Below are positions 1 to 9,491 of a DNA stretch of 64,000 bases, piece by piece. The notes beneath the pieces were generated by a model, which ran no database searches, was not told where the DNA came from, and saw only the letters and a program-made list of their open reading frames with translations. The translations under genes were made by a program, and so were the position numbers. The first letter of the stretch is position 1. The number at the start of each line of letters is the position of its first letter. Source of the DNA: an uncultured Planctomycetota bacterium (GTDB lineage Bacteria; Planctomycetota; Planctomycetia; Isosphaerales; Isosphaeraceae); the NCBI GenBank assembly GCA_963845755.1, contig CAWJTV010000042.1, positions 192,001 through 256,000 on the forward strand. Direction: 5' to 3'.

Positions 1-441
1 ATCCTGGATCACTGCCAGCTCGTCGGCATTGTACCGGCGGCTCAGATCGGCCATCGCGCGCCCGAGCGAGGCGAAGATCGGCGTGACCGCGTCGCGAAGG
101 TCGTCGTTCCGGAGCGGTTGGATGATGACGCTACGGCGGTCCCGCGGGTTGGGTTCTCGTCGCACGTAGCCGGCTCTCTCGAGGCGGTCAACGATGCCGG
201 TGATCGCGCCGGTCGTGAATCCGGATCGCTCCGCCAGACGGCCCGCCGTAGCCGGCCCGTGTTGCGATAACAGGCCCAGGCACTTCCATTCGGCGGCGCT
301 CATCCTCAATCGCGAAGCGACCGCTTCGTGAAACAGGATCACTGCCGTGCTGAGCTCCCGCCCCAGCATCTCCCCCAGGTTCAATGTAGCCGGCAAGACC
401 GGCCGCGCGGAGTCAACTCTGGACAATTTTGTCTTGCGCAT
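1..441 (-). CDS. MarR-family transcriptional regulator (3' end runs off window)
   Basis: Manual translation from ATG 441: ...LSTAVILFHEAVASRLRMSAAEWKCLGLLSQHGPATAGRLAERSGFTTGAITGIVDRLERAGYVRREPNPRDRRSVII, a typical MarR wHTH with DRR motif. Absent from the ORF track because the stop lies outside the window. Confidence 0.92.
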   Translation of the reverse strand, partial: MRKTKLSRVDSARPVLPATLNLGEMLGRELSTAVILFHEAVASRLRMSAAEWKCLGLLSQHGPATAGRLAERSGFTTGAITGIVDRLERAGYVRREPNPRDRRSVIIQPLRNDDLRDAVTPIFASLGRAMADLSRRYNADELAVIQD

Positions 442-469
442 GAGATACTTATCCGCGAGATACTGATCC
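442..469. promoter_or_regulatory. Direct repeat GAGATACT(T/G)ATCC x2, candidate MarR operator between divergent genes
   Basis: gagatacttatcc-gc-gagatactgatcc within the 54-bp gap between marR and the membrane protein gene. Confidence 0.4.
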
Positions 470-495
470 CTGAAGCTTTCATTCTAGGAACCGAG

Positions 496-1518
496 ATGGA
501 CTTTGGTAAAGATTCCGCCTGGCAGCGTGTGGCCCCGTCAGTGACCTTGCTCGTTCTGGCGCCGATTGTTTCCGAGGTACTCTTCGGGGCGACGCGGCTC
601 AGCGTGATCTTCGTACTCATCCCGCAAATCGCCATCTGGGGTTGCGGCACCCTGTTGATTCGCGAGGGCGTGACGCGATGGCGGCGTAGCTGGGTCAGTC
701 TGTTGCTCCTGGGGATGGCCCTGGCGATCGCCGAGGAATGCGTCATCCAGCAGACGTCCATCGCTCCGATGGTCGGACTGGCCGAGCAGGAGTATGGGCG
801 CGCCTGGGGTGTGAACTGGGTTTACTTCATCTGGGCGCTGGGTTACGAGAGCGTCTGGGTGGTGGTGCTGCCTATCCAACTCACGGAGTTGCTGTTCACG
901 GACCGGCGCCACGAGTCCTGGATCGGCCGGCGCGGTCTCATCCCGGCAGTGGTGTCGTTCATGTTCGGCTCGTTTATCGCCTGGTATGCCTGGACCCAGC
1001 GCACGCGGACCAAAGTCTTCCACATGCCCGAATACCAGCCTCCTTTGGAGTATATTCTGCTCGCGGTCGTGGCCATCGTGCTGCTGGTGACAGCCGCCTT
1101 CAGCCGATGGACCTCGCCACGCCCCAGACGGGAGGAATCGGCGCCGCGGCCGTGGTTCGTCGGGCTCACCGCTCTCCTGTTCGGGTTCCCGTGGTGTCTC
1201 CTTGTCTTACTGGCCTTCGGTTATCTACCGACGATCCCGTTCGCATTTCCCATGATCGCCGCGATTGGCTGGGTGGGAGCCGTGTTCTGGCTGATCTCGC
1301 GCTGGACGTCTCGCCAGGACTGGAACGACACGCATCGATTTGCCGTGGTCTTCGGAGGAGTGGGTGCCTGCATGGTGGCTGGGTTCATTGTCTTTCGCGT
1401 CGGCGGTGCCCTGCCCATCGACTGGGTGGGAAAGGCGGTCCTCAACCTGCTCGCCAGCTACTTGATGGCTGGTCTGGGCCGGCGCCTCTGGTGCCAACAA
1501 GTTTCTACGCTGGTATGA
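496..1518 (+). CDS. Multi-pass membrane protein, unknown function
   Basis: About 10 hydrophobic segments, start MDFGK with AGGA upstream, divergent from marR. Confidence 0.8.
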   Translation: MDFGKDSAWQRVAPSVTLLVLAPIVSEVLFGATRLSVIFVLIPQIAIWGCGTLLIREGVTRWRRSWVSLLLLGMALAIAEECVIQQTSIAPMVGLAEQEYGRAWGVNWVYFIWALGYESVWVVVLPIQLTELLFTDRRHESWIGRRGLIPAVVSFMFGSFIAWYAWTQRTRTKVFHMPEYQPPLEYILLAVVAIVLLVTAAFSRWTSPRPRREESAPRPWFVGLTALLFGFPWCLLVLLAFGYLPTIPFAFPMIAAIGWVGAVFWLISRWTSRQDWNDTHRFAVVFGGVGACMVAGFIVFRVGGALPIDWVGKAVLNLLASYLMAGLGRRLWCQQVSTLV

Positions 1519-2079
1519 GTCGGCCCTATTGAGAGTCGCAAGAAGGTCAGACGAGCCTGGAATCGTCGGTCCTGAGTTTGAGGTCAGGTACCGCCCGCTG
1601 AAGCAGGCGGCTTGTAAGCAACCTCCACCTCAGTTCTCGTTTCTCTTGCGAGGAACAAGCTTTGGCTTCAACGGTCCCTACGATAGGCGCCCTGACACGG
1701 GTCCATCCTGTGCGCCCTGAGCGTGACGACCGGCGGTTAACCGTTTCCCCAAAGGGGTGCCTTTCCGGTGCCTGGGCTCGTGGTCGGCCGGTCTTTTACG
1801 GAGGCCTTTTCCCGCCAACACGGCATCCACCTTGCCGAAGACCGGTTCCAACAGGGAACAGATTACCAGGTTCGGTCTGACTTTACAAGATACGTTCATC
1901 ATTATCAACATACAGGGGCAGCCATTCCTCCGTCGCCTGAACGCGACGGTATCCTGGCTGGGAATTTATGATCCTGTCCACTGTCGGCACGGCGCGTTAC
2001 CCTGATATTGGGTGAAGCCGCTGGGTTCGGGAAAATCTCGACGGCGGCCGAGACCGTGATGAGACAGGCATTGAGGACC

Positions 2080-2643
2080 ATGATCATGGCTAACATCAAC
2101 AGGGTTGCCGCGGCCGGGTTCTTCATCGGCGCACTGACCTGTTTGGCCACCGGCCTGATTGCCTCGGGGCCGCTTGTTGCCGAGGAACCTGTCAAAGACC
2201 CGGTGAAGCTTTCCGGGGATGTCAAAGCCGGGACGCGGCTCAACCGGGGAGATAGTCTGTTCTCCCCGATGTGTGGCTTCCGGCTCCAGATGCAAGAGGA
2301 TGGAAACCTCGTTCTCAGCCCCCTCGATGATACGCAGATGCCCGATGCGCAGAGTGTCCTGGCCCACATTCCGCAAGCGTTGAGTTGCTACCACACTCCC
2401 ATCTGGTCGACCGTCACGAATATTCCCAGGGCAGGCGTTGGGTCGGGCTTGTATTGCGAGATGCAGGACGACGGCAACTTCGTGATGTACGACGAGGACT
2501 GGCGCCCCTGCTTCAGCACAGGTTCAAATGGTCATCCCGGCGCGTTCCTCCGATTGCAAAATGATGGGAACCTGGTCATCTATTCGGCCGACCTGAAGGT
2601 CCTCTGGACCTCACATACCGAGGCCAGGGCGCCCGGGCAGTAG
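2080..2643 (+). CDS. Secreted bulb-type (mannose-binding B-lectin) domain protein
   Basis: Signal peptide plus three QxDGNxV motifs (QEDGNLV, QDDGNFVMY, QNDGNLVIY). Confidence 0.85.
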   Translation: MIMANINRVAAAGFFIGALTCLATGLIASGPLVAEEPVKDPVKLSGDVKAGTRLNRGDSLFSPMCGFRLQMQEDGNLVLSPLDDTQMPDAQSVLAHIPQALSCYHTPIWSTVTNIPRAGVGSGLYCEMQDDGNFVMYDEDWRPCFSTGSNGHPGAFLRLQNDGNLVIYSADLKVLWTSHTEARAPGQ

Positions 2644-2737
2644 CACCAATCGCCGGTGGATTCGACGACTTCGGGCCAGGGATGACGGTTCCGTCGCTGC
2701 GATCAGACTGGCTTCAACTCTTTCCGGTGTCTCATCA

Positions 2738-3490
2738 ATGAGCGATTTCTACGACCGGATGGCTCGGCTTTATCATCTGATCTTCCCGGACTGGGATGAG
2801 AGCATCGAGCGTCAGGCCGAACAGCTCACGGGGATCATCCGGGAGCGCTCGGGCGCCGGCTGCCGTTCGGTCCTCGATGTCTCGTGCGGGATCGCCACCC
2901 AGGCCATCGGCCTGGCGAAGCGCGGGTTTGCCGTCACGGCGTCGGATTTGTCGGAGAACGCGCTTGCCAGGGCGAAGGTTGAATCGCAGCGCCGCGGTGT
3001 CGCGATCGATTTCTCGATCTGCGACATGAGGTCGGCCCATGCTCACCACCGCAGGCAATTCGACGTCGTGCTCTCGGCCGATAATTCGATCACTCACCTC
3101 CTAAACGACGATGAGCTGTTGCTCGCCCTCCGGCAGTTTTTCGACTGCACGCGCCCCGGCGGGGGCTGTCTCCTGACCGTCCGGGACTACGACCGCGAAG
3201 AGCGAGGGACCGGACTGATCAAGCCGTACGGCGTCCGCGAGGAGGGGGGCAATCGCTATGTCATCTTCCAGGTCTGGGACTTCGTCGGTTCGATCTACGA
3301 TATGGCGATGTACTTCGTGGTCGATGACCGGACCTCCGACCCGATCGCAACCCACGTGATGCGGACGCAATTCAATGCAGTCGGCACCGACCACTTGCTG
3401 GCCTTGATGCGTCAGGCCGGTTTTACCGCGACCGAGCGTCTCGACGGGCGATTCTACCAGCCCGTCCTGGTGGGCACCCGTGAGGCGTGA
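2738..3490 (+). CDS. Class I SAM-dependent methyltransferase
   Basis: VLDVSCGIA motif I, DLS, CDMR, FDVV, TRPGG. Confidence 0.9.
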   Translation: MSDFYDRMARLYHLIFPDWDESIERQAEQLTGIIRERSGAGCRSVLDVSCGIATQAIGLAKRGFAVTASDLSENALARAKVESQRRGVAIDFSICDMRSAHAHHRRQFDVVLSADNSITHLLNDDELLLALRQFFDCTRPGGGCLLTVRDYDREERGTGLIKPYGVREEGGNRYVIFQVWDFVGSIYDMAMYFVVDDRTSDPIATHVMRTQFNAVGTDHLLALMRQAGFTATERLDGRFYQPVLVGTREA

Positions 3491-3520
3491 GCAGGTTCGT
3501 GGTCGTCGAACGCGTCTCGG

Positions 3521-5762
3521 TCATTGTCCCGGCAAGATGAGCTTGGATCGCTCCTGTCCCGGGTCGGACGCGGCCTCGGAGCCGGGCGTCCAGATCGTCG
3601 AGCCGCCTCGTGCGGCCTCGGGAGTCCAGAGTCCGCCCGCCGCGGGGGCGGCGCCGAGGTCTCCGGCGGCGGTGGTGACCCGCGGGCCGTACTCGGTCAA
3701 CAAGTGGTCGAGGATCCGCGTGTCCAGAACAATCTTGTCGGGTTGTTTCGGGTCGGGCACGACGCTCACTAGACCGAACTCGGCGAGTCGGAGCAGCACC
3801 GCGGAGAGGGCTTCGCGGTTGCCGCGATAGCGTTGGAGGATGGCTGCGAGGACGGGGACCCAGACCTCCGGATCGTCGAAGACGAACTGGACCTGGAGGT
3901 CGATCAGCTCCCAGAGCAGCGCGCGTTGGGCGAGATCTTATGCGACGGCTCGGACTCGCGACCGCGGCGGATCCAACCCTGGGCCTCGGCTCGGTCGCCC
4001 CGCCGGGCCGCATCGTGTGCCAGGTCGCCGTAGAGGGTCGTCAGCGGGATTCGGCTCTTCATGGGGAGGGAGGGTCGCTGAGCGATCGCGCGACCGGCCC
4101 CATTCATCACCGTGCGCATACCCCAGACTCGGGACAAATAGTAGAGGTGCAGCAGCCCCTCGTCGTCGAGCTCCGCAGTCGGGATCAGCGACCAGCGCGA
4201 CATGTGGACCCGATCGAGGTCCAGGCCCTGGACCGCCACAGCCGGTTCGGGTTTGACCCCCAGCCGCGCGCGGAACTGGCTCCAGTCGAGCAGCTCGGAG
4301 GAATCCTCCTCGGACGTTTCCAGGAGACGAACCGCGGCGCGGAGTGCTGTCTCGGAATCGCCGGCCTTGGCCGCCTGAAGGGGCGTCCGGCCGCGGAGTG
4401 CCGGATGGGCGCCTGCGGCCAGATCTCGCTGATGATGTGCGATTTCTGATCGCGGGTGATCCGCTCGACGTCGTCCTCCGGGAGGCCCGTGGGCAATCTC
4501 CACTGCCAGCTCATGGCCAGGAGATGCCGCGAGACTTTCTCGATGATCTTGGTCCGGGGATGGGCCGGGGGGATGTTCGCCCGCGCCGCGGCCGTGAACC
4601 GATCGCTGAGCCGGTCGAGCCGGCCGTCGTCGTAGGTCTCCAGCACGACGGTGTCCCGGCCGACGATCACGTCGCCTTCGACCGTCGGGATGTCCCGTCG
4701 GGTGAGCCCCGGCCGCGCCTCGATCCGGGGCCGGTCGAGCAGGTGGAACCGCTCGGTCGGCGCGGCCTCGGGATCGCTGGGATCCAGGGGCCGATTCGGT
4801 CCGGCTTCGAAGGCCGGGTCGGCCCGGAGGGCCTCCAGCAGCCCTTCCCGGTTGCGGATCGCCCAGCTCAAGCGAACGAACTCTACGGGATCGGCGATCG
4901 TGCTGGGACCGATCCGCTGGCAAAGGGCCTCGAGGTCGACCGCCTCGACGGTCGGCCCCGTCTTCGTGATGAAGCGGCGCAGGGCCGCGACGGCGGCGGC
5001 ATTGTCGGCGATCCACAGGCAGCAGATGCCGCGATTCCGCTCGGCGATCGCGCCGGCCGACGAGGCGGCGGCCAGCAGCTCGAACGCCGACGCCGCCGAC
5101 GCCCAGAGGCCCTCGTCCGCCCAGCCCATCGCCCGCTCGAACGACTCGCGGAACGCGTCGGTCACCCCCTCAGGCGGCGGCCAGACATCATAGGCGTTCT
5201 TCTCCCAGACGGAGAACCCCGCGTTCGTTCGCAGAGCCTGGATCACCCGCGCGGTCGAATCGTCGATGGTGCCGCCCCACTGCTGCGTCAGCTCCAGGTG
5301 CCGGAAGCCGGCGATCGGCAACCCGGACCGACACAGCGTGATGCCCAGCATGGTGGCCATCGGCGCCAGTTGACGCCGCTTCTCCGGCGCCATGGCCGAG
5401 ATCCCTTGCTGAAACTGGGCGACGGCCGCCACGATGCCCTCGGTCTCCAGCACCAGCCGCGTCATCAGGATCGTCCCGCCCAGGTGGCCGGGGTCCTTCT
5501 TGAGCAGGGCCTGCAGGCTCTGCTTGGCCGGCTCCGCCCGCTCGAGCTGGATCTCGATCAGGGCTTTGCGCGTCAGCAGCCAGGGATTGTCGGGGAACTT
5601 GGCCAGACCCTCGCCCAGGGGTTTCAGTGCCGACTCATGCTGGCCGCTCTCCACCATCCGCTGCGCGCGCTCGGCGTAGGATTCGACCTTCTGGCAGCAA
5701 AATTTGAACTTCTCACCACTCCCGCACGGGCAGGACGCATAGGGGTTAACCGACGCCATCAT
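3521..5762 (-). CDS. SEC-C motif/TPR-containing protein, split by two frameshifts (~4408, ~3920)
   Basis: N-terminal CPCGSGEKFKFCC and TPR-like helices. The reading continues across frames: IWPQAP|HPALRGRTPLQAA...KISPNA|LLWELIDLQVQF...KLILPGQ*. Confidence 0.8.
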
Positions 5763-6043
5763 CAGCCTCTCTCATCGAAAAAATCGCGCCAGGGACGGGG
5801 ATCCGGCAAGGGGCGTCGAGGGACATCCTCGACCACCGGCCACCCCGCCCGAGTCCGTATCACCGAGGATCGCGGAGCAAGCGGGGGCGTCCGACATCCT
5901 TGACGATGCAAGAGCCCGCGCACGCCTTCTCTCTTGATGGTATCCTGTGTCGGGGCCGATGGGGAGTCCCGTTCGGCACGGGTTGCCGCCCGGAGGCTCC
6001 CGAGTTTGGAAGCACGGACGATTCGTCGAGGAGAGAAGCCGTC

Positions 6044-6946
6044 ATGATCGCGAACGACGGACGGGGCCAAACCCCCGAGATTCGACGCCCTATCCCGCGG
6101 CATCGGGGATCGCGGATCCCGGCCGGGCGGCGGTGTCTCCGCGCCGGGGTCGTCTGGCTGGCGGTCCTCGCCCTGATCGGGGGCTCCCCGCGACCGGCCC
6201 GAGCCTGGGGACGGCTGGGTCATCGGGCATCGGCCCGGCTCGCCGAGTCGCGCCTCTCGCCCCGCGCGCGGGCGATCATCCAGGAGCTGCTCGAGCCGGA
6301 TGAATCGCTGGCCGATGCCTCAACCTGGGCCGACGAGCACAGCCGCGAGATCCCCGGCAGCGCCTCGTGGCACTACGTCAACGTGCCGATCGCGTCCGCC
6401 CGATATGACCCCGGCGACTGCAGGGGTCGACGATGCGTCGTCGCCAAGATCGCGGAATTCCGGGAGATCCTCGCCGATCGTCGTGCCCCCCGCGCCCGTC
6501 GGCGCCAGGCCCTGCGATTCTTCGTCCACCTGGTCCAGGACCTGCACCAGCCGATGCACGTCGCCGACCGGGGCGACCGCGGCGGCAACAGCCTCCAGCT
6601 CCGGTCCGGCCGCTACGAGAACACCAACCTGCACCAGCTCTGGGATTCCGGGCTGCTGCGGTCGCGCTATCGCGCGCGCGACGAGCCCGAGCTGGTCGCC
6701 GACCTGAAGGTGCTGGCCGATCGGCCCGAATCGCGCGGCTGGGCGCACGGAGGGCTCGAAGACTGGGCCGATGAGAGCCTCGCACTGGGCCGCCGTGCCT
6801 ATCGCGTCCCGGGTACCGATCGGACCCTGCGCAACGGCGACGAGATCGGCCGCGCCTACGAAGAGGCCAATCTCCCGGCGGCCCTCGATCGTCTCGCCCA
6901 GTCGGGCGTCCGGCTCGCCACACTGCTCAACGAGATCCTCCATTGA
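6044..6946 (+). CDS. S1/P1 nuclease, secreted
   Basis: Signal peptide then WGRLGH, WADE, WHYVN, HLVQDLHQPMH, DRGGN, NLHQLWD. Confidence 0.95.
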   Translation: MIANDGRGQTPEIRRPIPRHRGSRIPAGRRCLRAGVVWLAVLALIGGSPRPARAWGRLGHRASARLAESRLSPRARAIIQELLEPDESLADASTWADEHSREIPGSASWHYVNVPIASARYDPGDCRGRRCVVAKIAEFREILADRRAPRARRRQALRFFVHLVQDLHQPMHVADRGDRGGNSLQLRSGRYENTNLHQLWDSGLLRSRYRARDEPELVADLKVLADRPESRGWAHGGLEDWADESLALGRRAYRVPGTDRTLRNGDEIGRAYEEANLPAALDRLAQSGVRLATLLNEILH

Positions 6947-7022
6947 GACGGATGGACCTGGGCGACGGCCGAGAGATCCGAAGCCGAGGGTCCAGCCAGC
7001 AGGATTCCCCGACCGAAGCTCA

Positions 7023-7217
7023 TCACGACGCCTTCGGTTTCTTCCGTGAGGAGCCTTTCGGCTTGGCCGACTTCTCCAGTTTCCCCTTCGTGGGACCCGA
7101 CTCCCCGGCCTGGTCTTCCGGCTGCTCCGACTCCTCGACACCATGTTCGAGAGGGCGCTCGCCAAAAATCTTGTCGAAGTTCGGGAAACCGTAGCGGCGT
7201 ACAATAGGTCCACTCAT
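7023..7217 (-). CDS. Small protein MSGPIVRRYGFPNFDKIFGERPLEHG... (64 aa, acidic middle, Lys-rich tail)
   Basis: ATG with AGGAAA upstream. Its N-terminal 14 codons recur at 8713-8754 with mostly synonymous changes, indicating selection on this peptide. Confidence 0.65.
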   Translation of the reverse strand: MSGPIVRRYGFPNFDKIFGERPLEHGVEESEQPEDQAGESGPTKGKLEKSAKPKGSSRKKPKAS

Positions 7218-7242
7218 GATCATATTTCCTATTGGCAGAACC

Positions 7243-7965
7243 TCAGGTCGATTGTGCTTCTGGCTCAGGGTCGTCGGGCTCTAGATCCAAGACCTCCTGA
7301 TAAGGTCGGGGATCTTCACCGCCGGCCGGTAGTGGGCCCTCCGCCCGGCACAGCCCTCTTGTAAGCTGGTAGAGATCAAAATCATATCTCTTGCAAATGC
7401 CCCACCAGTCGCGGAAGATGAACGCACTCAGGGAGCGGTTCACACCGCAACACGCCTCGACGGGTGCTCTTCCGAGACAATCGTCGAGTTCCTCCATGCA
7501 GGCAATCTTGGGCAGATCGAAAAACCGGAAGCAATCGAACTTGCCCTTGTAATAATTACGATTGCCGTGCTCCTTAAAGAGCCGTTGGTTCTGAAAAATC
7601 CTCCCCCGATTCTCCCCTCTCCATTCCCATCTGCGGACTTCTGAATCCACCATCTGGAAGAAATGTGGATCGACTATCGCTAAGTCGAGATCCGATGAGG
7701 GACCGTATTCCATCCAGACCTTCGCCGCCTTCGGTGCAATGCTGAATCCGATCTTCGTGCTCCCCTTGAAAAAAAGGCAGTTCGGATGGATGCCTATACA
7801 ATCGGAAATATGGTGCAGCAAATCATGATGCAAGGAATGGGTTTGGATGGCGCGGGGGGTCCCTGGAATCAGGATCGAGTTGATAAGCTTATTCTTGTCT
7901 GTGAGGGCTAGTTCATGGACCTCTCTGGGACTAACGATGATGTGCCCTTGGGCATCGAAATGCAC
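7243..7965 (-). CDS. Putative pol-beta superfamily nucleotidyltransferase
   Basis: FFKGSTKIGFS...SSDLDLAIVD (GS...DxD). GTG start at 7965 with GGAGG 9 nt upstream, just after the stop of the upstream gene. Confidence 0.65.
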   Translation of the reverse strand: MHFDAQGHIIVSPREVHELALTDKNKLINSILIPGTPRAIQTHSLHHDLLHHISDCIGIHPNCLFFKGSTKIGFSIAPKAAKVWMEYGPSSDLDLAIVDPHFFQMVDSEVRRWEWRGENRGRIFQNQRLFKEHGNRNYYKGKFDCFRFFDLPKIACMEELDDCLGRAPVEACCGVNRSLSAFIFRDWWGICKRYDFDLYQLTRGLCRAEGPLPAGGEDPRPYQEVLDLEPDDPEPEAQST

Positions 7966-7969
7966 GGGA

Positions 7970-8494
7970 TCAACCCTCCGCACGCTCGACGACAACCAAC
8001 GGCTGATTGTAATGCCCCTTCGAGTCAAAAAGCGGATCGGTCATCCGGAGACGTACTCGACGATCACATACTGGGCATCTGAACATATCGCCGCTCATAG
8101 GAATGTAGTCTTGCCGGGCGATCTCTTGGTGGCAATAAGGACAGGCCGAGATATCTCTGAATCTGCAAGTCGGACAGATAGTGGGCAATACCGGCCCTGC
8201 GATATGTCCACAGTTGGTGCACTCTGGTCCCGAACCTTCCGTCACGATCGACACACCAGCCCGAGGAGCATACCCGAAGGCGTCGATGACCTTCTGAACT
8301 TCATCGGGGTAATTTGTGGCGAACTCAAAATACGCATTGCGATCCGAATCTCTGTGTGTCCCGTGTGTAGGACTGTCAGGGACAATCTCGACGGGCGAGC
8401 GGGCCCAAAGGTCGCGCCGCACTCGCGCGGCGATGCGTAGATCATCGGCAGAATCGGTGGGGTTGTGCTTGATGGTGATTCGGACTTTTGTCAT
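7970..8494 (-). CDS. Zinc-ribbon protein with four CxxC motifs
   Basis: CTNC, CPTC, CPYC, CPVC after an ~85-aa alpha/beta N-terminal region, GGAG RBS. Confidence 0.75.
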   Translation of the reverse strand: MTKVRITIKHNPTDSADDLRIAARVRRDLWARSPVEIVPDSPTHGTHRDSDRNAYFEFATNYPDEVQKVIDAFGYAPRAGVSIVTEGSGPECTNCGHIAGPVLPTICPTCRFRDISACPYCHQEIARQDYIPMSGDMFRCPVCDRRVRLRMTDPLFDSKGHYNQPLVVVERAEG

Positions 8495-8529
8495 GGCGGT
8501 CTCCGGAGCATGGCGAGATCCATGATTCG

Positions 8530-8535
8530 ATTATA
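8530..8535 (-). promoter_or_regulatory. Perfect -10 box (TATAAT) upstream of the island operon
   Basis: + strand ATTATA ~35 nt upstream of ATG 8494, no clear -35. Confidence 0.4.
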
Positions 8536-8682
8536 ACGACTCTGATCGGGCCAACAGAAGGCGCCTCGGAACCCGATCAATCTGGGTCCGACCCGGAGCA
8601 GTGCCGAATCCGAAATCGCTCATACGATGGACGTCGGGCAAGGGCGAGGGGCGCTTCTGGTAAACCCCTTCTGGGTTTCAGG

Positions 8683-8754
8683 TTAAGAATTCGGGGCAGT
8701 TCTTGGATTTTGAAAGTTCGGGAAACCATACTTACGAACGATCGGACCTGACAA
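8683..8754 (-). pseudogene. Truncated original 5' end of the small gene (MSGPIVRKYGFPNF+QNPRTAPNS*)
   Basis: GGAGG-6nt-TTG start, 14 codons nearly identical in protein to those at 7217, diverging right after the repeat core. Confidence 0.55.
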
Positions 8755-9002
8755 TTCGCACCTCCGTTTCCGAGAGATCCGGGCAATCAACAACTGGCCA
8801 AGCGGATTCGATGAATCACGCAAGGTTCGCCGGAGAGTCGGAATCGAACTCGTCGTGCACCGGTTCTCGGCGTCCCTCCTCTGTGGTCTTGCCTCGTTCA
8901 TGATAAACGAAAGGCTGAGCGTCGGGCGACTGGTGCGAAGAACCAGTTGGCGCGGTATCCTTGAGAGATGACGGACATTCACCAACTTCGGGGGCATCCC
9001 CA

Positions 9003-9299
9003 ATGAAAGGCAAGGATACGGGAGAGTCGGGTGGGCGTGAGTCATCCGGGATGCTCGGTTGGGCGTTCAGCGTCTTTGGATACGTCACTTTCGCCGCATT
9101 CGTGTGGTTCGCCGCATGTGTGTGTATCTTGCCCGTCTTTGCGGTGATGAAGTTCGTGGAATCCCTGGGGAATGCCTTCGATGGTCTCTCGTGGGGGTTC
9201 CTCGGGATTGTCTGGTCGATCAGGATCATGCTCTCCTACGCGTGGAACGAGTTCGAATGGCTGCTGCTCGAGCTTCTGGGCTGGCTCCTGTTCGGCTGA
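9003..9299 (+). CDS. Small hydrophobic membrane protein
   Basis: 2-3 hydrophobic stretches. Confidence 0.5.
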   Translation: MKGKDTGESGGRESSGMLGWAFSVFGYVTFAAFVWFAACVCILPVFAVMKFVESLGNAFDGLSWGFLGIVWSIRIMLSYAWNEFEWLLLELLGWLLFG

Positions 9300-9491
9300 C
9301 TCCTGCGAAACGCCAGGAGAGACGAGCCCTCGGGCCGAGCCGTCTTGACGGGTCACTCTTCGGTCGATGCAAGATCGGGCCGATCGTGGACGCGGGGAAG
9401 TCGCAGTGCAGCCGGCGGGGCCGCAACCACGGATCTCTCGGTGAGCCGGATCGCGGCCTTGGCCGGGGGTCGGTCGCAGGGGAGCAGACGC

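Larger units (their letters stand above)
7177..8727. mobile_element. Putative integrase-less mini genomic island bounded by 14-bp direct repeats AAGTTCGGGAAACC
   Basis: Identical 14-mers at 7177-7190 and 8714-8727, visibly more AT-rich interior, two-gene cargo, and a duplicated 5' end of the target gene. Confidence 0.6.

Noticed and set aside
1591..1610. Hairpin ccgcccgc-tgaa-gcaggcgg as terminator
   Set aside because: Imperfect stem without a U-tract.
4344..5903. Long antisense/alternate ORFs (e.g. 4344-5903, 17565-18902, 51618-53003)
   Set aside because: Shadow ORFs typical of high-GC DNA, lying opposite well-supported genes.
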